Assembly: GCA_028700905.1 (NCBI GenBank)
Contig: JAQVRT010000007.1
Coordinates: 1-17,400, forward strand
DNA length: 17,400 nucleotides
Reading direction: 5' to 3'
Source of the DNA: Candidatus Iainarchaeum sp.
Lineage (GTDB): Archaea; Iainarchaeota; Iainarchaeia; Iainarchaeales; CSSED10-239
Every line of letters starts with the position of its first letter. Position 1 is the first letter of the stretch. Made by a program: the position numbers and the translations under genes. Positions 8,462 through 15,321 of the stretch are shown here, piece by piece. The notes beneath the pieces are model-generated. The model ran no database searches. It was not told where the DNA came from and worked only from the letters and a program-made list of their open reading frames with translations.

Positions 8462-8529
8462 ACTTACCTTACATTATATTATATGTTTATATTTTATATA
8501 AGCAAATATTTAAAAAAGGTGTTTAAAAA

Positions 8530-9240
8530 ATGGATAGAGTACCAACTGGTGTTATTGGCTTTGATGAACTTATTGACGGAGGAATTCCTAGAGGAGCATC
8601 TGTCTTAGTATCAGGAGGTGCAGGTTCTGCAAAAACCATTTTTGCAACCACTTTTATTTATGAAGGGGCGAGAAAATATGGTGAGCCAGGTCTTTTTGTA
8701 ACTGTTGAAGACAATCTTAAAAATATTGTCTGGAACATGGAAAACTTTGGTTGGGATATTAAATCACTTGAGCAAAGAGATTTAATGAAAATCTATAGGA
8801 TGCATATTGACCCTAGAAAACCAATTGAGCCACAAATAGATAAAGAGCTTGACATTATAACCTCTATGGTAAAAGATATTGGAGCAAAAAGACTTGCAAT
8901 TGATTCAACAACAGCTTTTTCTGCATGGATAACTGATCCTGGAAAATTAAGAAACCTTCTTTTTAGATTTTCAGATTATTTGAAAGATTTAGATTGTACA
9001 ACCATGCTAACAGCTGAAACTTCTGGTGGACCACACGACTTTTCTGCATTTGGTGTTGAAGAATTTGTTGTAGATGGGATATTTATGCTTTACTTTATAC
9101 CACCTCATAGATCAATTTTCATTAGAAAATTAAGAGGAACAAAGCATGATCAAAAAGTACATCCTTTATTTATAACACCAAAAGGAATTGAAATTAATCC
9201 ACATGATGAAATTATGTGGTCATCAATTAAACAATATTAA
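8530..9240 (+). CDS. Single-domain KaiC-like / RecA-superfamily ATPase (COG0467-type) with a non-canonical Walker A
   Basis: VPTGVIGFDELIDGGIPRGASVLVSGGAGSAKTIFATTFIYEGARKYGEPGLFVTVEDN is the KaiC-domain signature. Walker B-like RLAIDS is present. Walker A reads GGAGSAKT, with Ala where the invariant Gly precedes Lys. Strong SD plus ATG. Confidence 0.85.
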   Translation: MDRVPTGVIGFDELIDGGIPRGASVLVSGGAGSAKTIFATTFIYEGARKYGEPGLFVTVEDNLKNIVWNMENFGWDIKSLEQRDLMKIYRMHIDPRKPIEPQIDKELDIITSMVKDIGAKRLAIDSTTAFSAWITDPGKLRNLLFRFSDYLKDLDCTTMLTAETSGGPHDFSAFGVEEFVVDGIFMLYFIPPHRSIFIRKLRGTKHDQKVHPLFITPKGIEINPHDEIMWSSIKQY

Positions 9241-9251
9241 GATTGTTTTTA

Positions 9252-9296
9252 AAAAGAAGACTTCTAAAAATAAAGTCTTCTTTTCTATTTTTATTT
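9252..9296 (+). terminator. Perfect 12-bp hairpin followed by T-runs, downstream of the KaiC-like gene
   Basis: aaaagaagactt (9252-9263) pairs perfectly with aagtcttctttt (9273-9284). The loop is 9 nt (ctaaaaata), followed by ctatttttattt. Oligo-T is the accepted archaeal termination signal; the role of the hairpin is inferred. Confidence 0.45.
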
Positions 9297-9323
9297 CTAG
9301 AAGAAAAAAAGAGGTTATTTAAA

Positions 9324-9893
9324 ATGAAATCAAAAATATTAATAATATATTCTCATCCAGATAAAGAAAGTTATAATAAAGAAATACTTACAAAAACAAT
9401 AGAAATTTTAAAAGAAAAAAAAATGGACTATCAAGTATTAGATCTTTATAAAATGAAATTTAATCCAATTCTTGAAAAAGAAGAATTAAATAGAATTATT
9501 TCAAATGAAACTAAAGAAATTCAAAACAAAATTAAAGAAAGTAATAAATTAATATTTATCTATCCTATTTGGTGGGGAACAATGCCTGCAATTTTAAAAG
9601 GATTTTGTGATAGAGTATTTACTCCTGGTTTTGCTTATAAATATATAAATTCTATTCCAAGAGGACTTTTAAAAAATAAAAAAGCACTTGTTTTAACAAC
9701 TTCTGGAGCTCCAAAAATATATAATTTACTAACTTGTAATAAATTTACAAAAGGACTTACAAAAAACATCTTAAGTTTTTGTGGAATTGCTTCAAGTGGA
9801 TATATATTTAGTAGTGCTTTAAATCTTGAAAAAGATAAATTAAATATACAAAAATTTACTGAAAAAAAAGTAAATAAATTTTTAAGAAAATGA
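9324..9893 (+). CDS. Flavodoxin-like fold NAD(P)H oxidoreductase (Flavodoxin_2 / NQO-MdaB-KefF-type family)
   Basis: ILIIYSHPDKESYNKEIL and IFIYPIWWGTMPAILKGFCDRVFTPGFAYKY match the family's two signature segments. I place the start at ATG 9324 (GAGGT SD 8 nt upstream) rather than the track's TTG 9243, which would translate the terminator hairpin. Confidence 0.85.
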   Translation: MKSKILIIYSHPDKESYNKEILTKTIEILKEKKMDYQVLDLYKMKFNPILEKEELNRIISNETKEIQNKIKESNKLIFIYPIWWGTMPAILKGFCDRVFTPGFAYKYINSIPRGLLKNKKALVLTTSGAPKIYNLLTCNKFTKGLTKNILSFCGIASSGYIFSSALNLEKDKLNIQKFTEKKVNKFLRK

Positions 9894-11633
9894 TTTTTCT
9901 TGAAGAGAAAAAAGTCTTGCAATTTCTTCAAGAGAAGTTGTATCTTTTTCTGTTCTATCTGTTCTGTATTTTACAAATCTTGGAAACCTAAGTGCAAGAG
10001 TTTCATTTCTATTAATTAATGGAACTGTATGAACAGAACTAACTGTAATATCATCATAATTAACTTCAACAACTATTTTTGGAAGAACATAAAAATCAGG
10101 CTCAATGTTTGAAACTACATTATCTTGTTTTTTTGGAATTGTTATTTTTTTTAACTTTTCAGAAAGCTCAACTAAAATTTCATCCTTAAGTCCACTTCCA
10201 ACTTTTGCAAGAGAATAATAGAGATTCTTTTTTTCATCATATAAAGCAACTAAAATTGCACCTAGACCAGTAACTGTTCTTTTACCTTGTCCAAAAAAAC
10301 CACCAATAATAACAGCATCAATTGTGTCAAGATTTTCTTTATCATAAGATTTTTTGTATTTAATCCAATTAAAACCTCTTGATCCTGCACTATAAGGAGA
10401 ATTAAGATCTTTTGCAATTAAGCCTTCAAAACCTGAATCTTTCATTTCAAGAAAGAAATCTTCTAAATTTAAGAGATTGTTTGTAATTAATATTTTTGTT
10501 GGAGAAATTACTGGAGGAATATTAAAATATTTCTCTAAAAGTTCTCTTCTTTCTCTAAAAGGTAAAAGATGTATTTTTTTTTCATCAAAATAAATAATAT
10601 CAAAAACTTTTAAATGTAAAGGAAGTTCTTTTGATTTTTCAGAAATATCATATTTTCTTTTTCTTTGCATTGTTACTTGAAAATCATGATATTTTTTATT
10701 AATAGGATCATAACCTATTGCTTCACAATCAATTATAAAATTATGTTTTATTTTTAAAATATTTAAAGTTATATCTGGAAACATAGAAGTTATATCTTCT
10801 TCATTTCTAGAATAAATCTTTACAGTATCATCAAGCTTATGTACTTGCATTCTAAAACCATCAATCTTTGAATCAATTAAAAAATCTCCATCTTTACCAA
10901 GTCTTTCAAAAATTTCATTTAAGTCTTTTGATCTTTCACAAAGAGCTGGCTTTAAAGGAATTAATGGTTGAACAGATAATTCTTTAATACCTTGAGTTTT
11001 ATTTTCTTTAAATTTTTGTGCAATTAATCCTAAATCAGAAACTAAATTATATTTTTCTAAAATTAAATCTCTTGCTTCTTTTTGTTTTTCTTCATTTTCT
11101 TCCAATAAAGATAAAGCATCAATAATTGTTGAGTCTGAAAAACCTAATCTTAAGGAAATTGGAAACCTTATTATGTATTTAGCAGAAAGATTATCTGCAT
11201 TATAAAGAATAGATTCAAAAATTTTTATTTTTGTATCAATTGCACCTTTTCCATCAATCTCTGTCATTCTTTCAAAAGAAGAGTAAACTTGCAAAAAAGA
11301 TTGTTCTTTGAAAAAAAGAGTTTCTTGTTTTTTTCCTGAAGATAAACTCTCAACAACTAAACCTAAATCTCCAAGTTCTTTAAATTTATTTGAAATTGTG
11401 CTTACAGTATGTCCAAGATATCTAGACAATATTACAATTAGAGTTGATTGCCCAATATTTATTTCTTTACCTTTATATTTTGGACCAATCTTACCTTGAC
11501 AAAAATAAATTAATTTAGATATTTGATCAAGAGAACAAATAGAAAATAATTCTGATAAGATATCTCTCATTTCAAGACGACTTGAAGTTTTTTCAAGTCT
11601 TTGAAAATATTTAGATACTAAACTAAATTCCAT
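9882..11633 (-). CDS. lig: ATP-dependent DNA ligase (archaeal/eukaryotic Lig1 type)
   Basis: 583 aa. Adenylation motif I is SKIDGFRMQVHK, with the Lys codon at 10866..10868. Downstream motifs include EGLIAKD and WIKYKK. ATG 11633 follows an AAGGT SD. Confidence 0.95.
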   Translation of the reverse strand: MEFSLVSKYFQRLEKTSSRLEMRDILSELFSICSLDQISKLIYFCQGKIGPKYKGKEINIGQSTLIVILSRYLGHTVSTISNKFKELGDLGLVVESLSSGKKQETLFFKEQSFLQVYSSFERMTEIDGKGAIDTKIKIFESILYNADNLSAKYIIRFPISLRLGFSDSTIIDALSLLEENEEKQKEARDLILEKYNLVSDLGLIAQKFKENKTQGIKELSVQPLIPLKPALCERSKDLNEIFERLGKDGDFLIDSKIDGFRMQVHKLDDTVKIYSRNEEDITSMFPDITLNILKIKHNFIIDCEAIGYDPINKKYHDFQVTMQRKRKYDISEKSKELPLHLKVFDIIYFDEKKIHLLPFRERRELLEKYFNIPPVISPTKILITNNLLNLEDFFLEMKDSGFEGLIAKDLNSPYSAGSRGFNWIKYKKSYDKENLDTIDAVIIGGFFGQGKRTVTGLGAILVALYDEKKNLYYSLAKVGSGLKDEILVELSEKLKKITIPKKQDNVVSNIEPDFYVLPKIVVEVNYDDITVSSVHTVPLINRNETLALRFPRFVKYRTDRTEKDTTSLEEIARLFSLQEKSFS

Positions 11634-11674
11634 TTTATTTTACCTTTTAATTATTAAAGCTTCTTTAAAAGAAA

Positions 11675-13138
11675 TTAATAACTTTTACCTACATACACAA
11701 TAGATTGAGCTTTCTTTTTACAAACAACACAAACATCATTTTCTTCAGGAACTTCTTTAACATCCATCCTTACTCCTCTAATGTCTCCACCTTTTGTTTC
11801 AGCTTTAAGTTCTTCAAAACAATTTTTACCATCCATATCTATTGAACAAAATGGTACTCTTGCAACAAGGTTATCATCTATAACTTCTTTTAAATCATCC
11901 ATGTTGTTAACAGTTATTATCTTTTCTTCAAAAACATCATCTGCTTGAGATCTTAAGTTATTTATAAACTCAGATTCAATAAGTTTTATTTCATCAAAAA
12001 TATCTGCAACATCAACTTTTTTCTTTTCATTTAAATCTCTTCTAAAGATTACAACAGTTCCTGAAAAAATATCTTTTGGACCAATTTCTATTCTTATAGG
12101 AACTCCTTTCATTTCGTATTCTGAAAATCTTTCTTTAGGAGTTTTTGAAGTCTGATCATCTATTTTTACTCTATATCCAAGTTTATCTAAATCTTGAGCT
12201 ATATCTAAACAAAAGGCCTCTAATTTAGTATTATCAAAATCACTAAAATATAAAGGAACTAAAATTATTTGAACAGGAGCTAAATCAAAAGGTATTCTTA
12301 AACCAAGAGAATCTCCATGAACACAAATCATTCCACCATATATTCTTGAAATTGCAGGACCATAACAAGTACCAAAAGGATATTTCATTTCATCATCTTT
12401 ATCTTTAAACTTAACATCAAAAGTTTCAGTAAACTTAGTTCCTAAAAGATGTGTTGAAGGAAGTTGTAATATTCTTCCATTATCTAAAATAGTATCTGCT
12501 GCAAAAGTATCTACAGCTCCTGGAAATTTATCCCATTGTGGTCTTTTAAAGAAAATAAATGGTATACCAAATTCTTCATGAAGCATATCTTCTGTAATTT
12601 GCATATCTTCATAAACTTGATTTACTGCTTCTTGTAAAGTTTCAAAAATATTATGTGATTCATACCAGTAAAATTCTCTACCTCTAATAAATGGTTTTGT
12701 AGCTTTTGAGTCAAATCTAAAAACATTTGCTCTTTGATATGTTTTTAAAGGTAAGTCTCTATAACTTTGTGTCCAATATTTGAACATATAATAAAATGCA
12801 GTTTCAGAAGTTGGTCTTAATGCATACTTTTGTTCAAAATCTTCATCTCCATGTTTAGTTACCCAGAAAACTTCAGGAGTAAAGCCTTCAATATGATCTG
12901 ATTCTTTTAAAAAATTTTCTTCAGGTATTAATGCAGGCATCATTACTTGTTGATGACCAGTTTCATTAAATTTATCTTCATATAATCTAAACATTTTACT
13001 TATTGAAAAAACAGATCTTGGTCTGAATACAGTAAAACCTTTTAAGTTATATCTAATATCAATAAGTTCTGCTTTAAAGATAATATCATTAAACCATTCG
13101 TTTAAATCTTTTATTTTATATTTTTCATCTGAAGGCAT
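11675..13138 (-). CDS. proS: Prolyl-tRNA synthetase, archaeal/eukaryotic type
   Basis: 487 aa with ALRPTSETAFYYMFKYW..YRDLPLK.YQ.ANVFRFD..TKPFIRGREF (class II motifs) and RPQWDKFPGA. The C-terminus ends in ...GKSY, as is typical of archaeal ProRS. GTGAT SD upstream of ATG 13138. Confidence 0.95.
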   Translation of the reverse strand: MPSDEKYKIKDLNEWFNDIIFKAELIDIRYNLKGFTVFRPRSVFSISKMFRLYEDKFNETGHQQVMMPALIPEENFLKESDHIEGFTPEVFWVTKHGDEDFEQKYALRPTSETAFYYMFKYWTQSYRDLPLKTYQRANVFRFDSKATKPFIRGREFYWYESHNIFETLQEAVNQVYEDMQITEDMLHEEFGIPFIFFKRPQWDKFPGAVDTFAADTILDNGRILQLPSTHLLGTKFTETFDVKFKDKDDEMKYPFGTCYGPAISRIYGGMICVHGDSLGLRIPFDLAPVQIILVPLYFSDFDNTKLEAFCLDIAQDLDKLGYRVKIDDQTSKTPKERFSEYEMKGVPIRIEIGPKDIFSGTVVIFRRDLNEKKKVDVADIFDEIKLIESEFINNLRSQADDVFEEKIITVNNMDDLKEVIDDNLVARVPFCSIDMDGKNCFEELKAETKGGDIRGVRMDVKEVPEENDVCVVCKKKAQSIVYVGKSY

Positions 13139-13178
13139 ATATAATCACATATTTTAAGTAATATATTATATAAGGCAA

Positions 13179-13188
13179 TATATTTAAA
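13179..13188 (-). promoter_or_regulatory. Candidate TATA box (sense TTTAAATATA) for proS
   Basis: 40 nt separate the box from ATG 13138. The expected TSS near 13156 leaves a short leader containing GTGAT (plus atcac 13144-13148). The sense T-runs TGTTTTTATTTT just upstream (about 13203-13216) could terminate the preceding ORF. Confidence 0.35.
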
Positions 13189-13227
13189 AAAGAAACTATT
13201 AAGCTTTCTATTAAAATAAAAACAGTA

Positions 13228-14019
13228 CTATTTTTTATAATTTTTAAAAAATTCTTCTTTTTTTATATACTCAATTAAATCAGCACTAGCAATTACTTCT
13301 GGTAAAATAGAAATTATTTCTTGATTTAATTCTTTCAATCTTTCTTGAATTTGCAAGAAATTTTCTTTTTTAGATTTCAAAAGAGATTTATAATAATTTG
13401 GAATTCTTTTTTCAGCATCTCTTGATTCTTTTGCTTCTTGACTTGAAATTCTAGAATCTCTATTTATATTTTCAAGATCACTTTCCATTTTCTTTAAAAG
13501 TTCTTTTTCATATTTAACTAAATTTATTTCTTTATATTTTTCAGAAATACTTAATAATTCTTTATATTTATTTGTTAAAAGATTACTTTTTTTTGCAAAA
13601 TTTAAAAGAAATTTAATTGATATTCTTTCTTCTAGATTAATTTTTTTAGAACCATATATTTCTTTAATATAGTTTGAAGGTTTACTTAAATTATCTATCT
13701 TAAGATTTAATTTATATTTATTATTAATATCTCTTAAATAATTTAATAAATAATCTTTAGAAAAATTAGAAACATTAATTAAATTTAAAACATTTAAGTC
13801 AGACTTAAATTTTAATTTTTTTAAAAAATCTATATTTTGAGAAATATTTTTTTTATTAATTTTTAAAATTAAATTTTCTGAAATTATTTTTGTTCTATTA
13901 TTTAAAGAACTATTAAAAACAGAAATTTTATTTTTATAAGAACTAGATTTTCTTAAAGCATCTGCTTGAGGCAAATTTTTAAATCTTAATTTAATTTGAT
14001 TAGTTTTTTTTAAAACCAT
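13228..14019 (-). CDS. Hypothetical Lys/Asn-rich protein with predicted coiled-coil C-terminal half; no family recognised
   Basis: A 263-codon open frame in very AT-rich DNA is unlikely by chance, because stop codons are AT-rich. I see no TM segment or catalytic motif. It is the only CDS in the window without an SD-like motif before its ATG. Confidence 0.6.
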   Translation of the reverse strand: MVLKKTNQIKLRFKNLPQADALRKSSSYKNKISVFNSSLNNRTKIISENLILKINKKNISQNIDFLKKLKFKSDLNVLNLINVSNFSKDYLLNYLRDINNKYKLNLKIDNLSKPSNYIKEIYGSKKINLEERISIKFLLNFAKKSNLLTNKYKELLSISEKYKEINLVKYEKELLKKMESDLENINRDSRISSQEAKESRDAEKRIPNYYKSLLKSKKENFLQIQERLKELNQEIISILPEVIASADLIEYIKKEEFFKNYKK

Positions 14020-14030
14020 AATAATCTATT

Positions 14031-14050
14031 AAAAAAGTTTAGTAAAAGAG
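14031..14050 (-). terminator. T-runs in the 3' trailer of tRNA-Pro
   Basis: The sense strand directly after the discriminator base reads CTCTTTTACTAAACTTTTTT, containing T4 and T6. This is an oligo-T archaeal termination-type signal. Confidence 0.35.
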
Positions 14051-14124
14051 TGGGACTGCCCCGATTTGAACGGGGGTCGTAAGCTCCCAAAGCTTAAATG
14101 CTAACCAGGCTACACCACAGCCCC
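14051..14124 (-). tRNA. tRNA-Pro (anticodon UGG)
   Basis: The reverse complement is GGGGCTGTGGTGTAGCCTGGTTAGCATTTAAGCTTTGGGAGCTTACGACCCCCGTTCAAATCGGGGCAGTCCCA. The acceptor stem is 7 bp (one G-U). The anticodon stem TAAGC/GCTTA carries loop TT-TGG-GA. The T-stem CCCCG/CGGGG carries loop TTCAAAT. The D-loop has GG, the discriminator is A, and no CCA is encoded. It is the only GC-rich island in the window. Confidence 0.92.
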
Positions 14125-14155
14125 TTTACTACATTATATATATAGAAGCAATAAG

Positions 14156-14163
14156 TTTATAAA
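14156..14163 (-). promoter_or_regulatory. Candidate TATA box (palindromic TTTATAAA) for tRNA-Pro
   Basis: The box ends 31 nt upstream of the mature tRNA 5' end, which is compatible with a TSS a few nt before the tRNA. It lies in the 57-nt gap after the HKD gene stop. Confidence 0.3.
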
Positions 14164-14181
14164 CAAATTTCTTTTATAAGT

Positions 14182-15309
14182 TTAGTTATTACTCCAAGAT
14201 GTCCAATAGTCATTGAAATAATCTTTATATTCTTGTGCAATTTCTAGATCATGTATAACTAAAAAACTTTCATCATTATTCTTTGTACCATTATTTGAAT
14301 AATTCATAGAACCAGTTAAAACAATATAATCATCAATAATACAGAATTTATTATGCATACTATTTGGGTTTTGATCTAAAATAACAGGAATGGAATTATT
14401 CTTAAGATCATTATATTTAGAATATTGACTTATCCCTCTTGATTCCAAGATATATCTCTGATCTATATTTTTATCAACAACTTCTTGAAAGAAATCATCT
14501 AAAGTATAACTAAAAAGCATACATTCAAGAGAATAATTTGCATCATTTGCAAGTCTTAAAAGATGGTAAAGGCAGTCATCTTCAGGACAAAAATAATTTT
14601 CTAAATTACCATAATTATTAACATTATAAACTTCTTTAGGTTTTGGAGAAAATTCTCCTTTAAAAAAAGAATCTATTTTGTTAGTATATTCTTTTGCAAT
14701 TTCTTTATCTTCAATTATTAAAACATTATTATTATTTTTATAATTTCCATTTAATGTAAAATTCATTGAACCTACAAAAACAATTTTTTCATCAAAAACA
14801 CAAAATTTATTATGCATGTAAGAAGATTCTGTAGGGTTTGTAAGAACTGTAACATTTGAATCTTTTAATATACCTAAATTTGAAGATTTATTTTGAGAAG
14901 TTCCATAATCTGAAACAAATCTTATTTCTATACCTTGATTTGATTTTTCAATTAAAGCATCAGTTACAGTTTCAAGAGAAACATCATATACAGCACAATC
15001 AATTGTTTTTTTAGAAGAAGAAATTAAATCTAAAAGCTCTTTTAAACAATCATCTTCAGGACAAAAAAATACTTCAGTTGAAATATTTCTATCAAAAGAA
15101 CCAAAGGTGATTTTATTTTTTATAGAATCATATGCATCTTTTGGTTTTGAAAAAAGATTATTATCTTTAACATCTTCAATAGTTGAATCTATTTTATCAG
15201 AAGTATCTGATTTTACATCTTGAAAAGAATCATTTGCAAGATATGAAGATGCTACTAAGAAAACAACTAATCCTATTAGGATAAAAGAAATTATTTTTAA
15301 AAAATTCAT
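14182..15309 (-). CDS. Membrane-anchored or secreted tandem-HKD protein: two PLD/Nuc-like (PLDc_2-type) domains in one chain
   Basis: N-terminal hydrophobic segment IISFILIGLVVFLVASSYL. Two copies of FCPEDDC...HNKFC(V/I)(F/I)D...GSMN(F/Y), with His166 and His319 in the HxK motifs. ATG 15309 lies 12 nt after the alaS stop with GTGA SD. Confidence 0.85.
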   Translation of the reverse strand: MNFLKIISFILIGLVVFLVASSYLANDSFQDVKSDTSDKIDSTIEDVKDNNLFSKPKDAYDSIKNKITFGSFDRNISTEVFFCPEDDCLKELLDLISSSKKTIDCAVYDVSLETVTDALIEKSNQGIEIRFVSDYGTSQNKSSNLGILKDSNVTVLTNPTESSYMHNKFCVFDEKIVFVGSMNFTLNGNYKNNNNVLIIEDKEIAKEYTNKIDSFFKGEFSPKPKEVYNVNNYGNLENYFCPEDDCLYHLLRLANDANYSLECMLFSYTLDDFFQEVVDKNIDQRYILESRGISQYSKYNDLKNNSIPVILDQNPNSMHNKFCIIDDYIVLTGSMNYSNNGTKNNDESFLVIHDLEIAQEYKDYFNDYWTSWSNN

Positions 15310-15321
15310 TTTTTATTCACT

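Noticed and set aside
8204-8529. C/D-box sRNA or other structured ncRNA in the large intergenic gap
   Set aside because: There are only imperfect C-box-like strings (gatgata, gtgataa). There is no CTGA or TCAG anywhere in the gap on either strand, and no GC-supported helices. I cannot support an RNA gene call.
8204-8529. Replication origin in the AT-rich 326-bp spacer
   Set aside because: There is no adjacent orc1/cdc6 gene. I could find no longer ORB-like inverted repeats, only the 8-nt TATA-like boxes.
8483-8610. Small plus-strand ORF starting at ATG 8483 and overlapping the KaiC-like gene start out of frame
   Set aside because: It is roughly 40 codons, has no SD, and is out of frame with (overlapping) a well-supported gene start that has a strong SD.
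9243-9323. N-terminal 27-aa extension of the oxidoreductase ORF from a TTG start
   Set aside because: The extension (MFLKRRLLKIKSSFLFLFLEEKKRLFK) is simply the translation of the 12-bp terminator hairpin and T-runs. A proper GAGGT SD precedes ATG 9324, and the conserved family N-terminus (KILIIYSHP) begins right there.
13228-14019. Leucine-rich-repeat-like pattern (LNVLNLINVSN...) in the orphan protein
   Set aside because: There is only one loose match to LxxLxLxxN and no periodic repetition. It is most likely a by-product of Leu/Asn/Lys-rich composition.
14020-14181. tRNA-Pro as an integration site of a mobile element carrying the orphan ORF or the HKD gene
   Set aside because: There is no integrase or recombinase in the window, and I could not find a direct repeat of the tRNA 3' half. 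The flanking genes are core aaRS genes. The idea is only testable with the wider genome.
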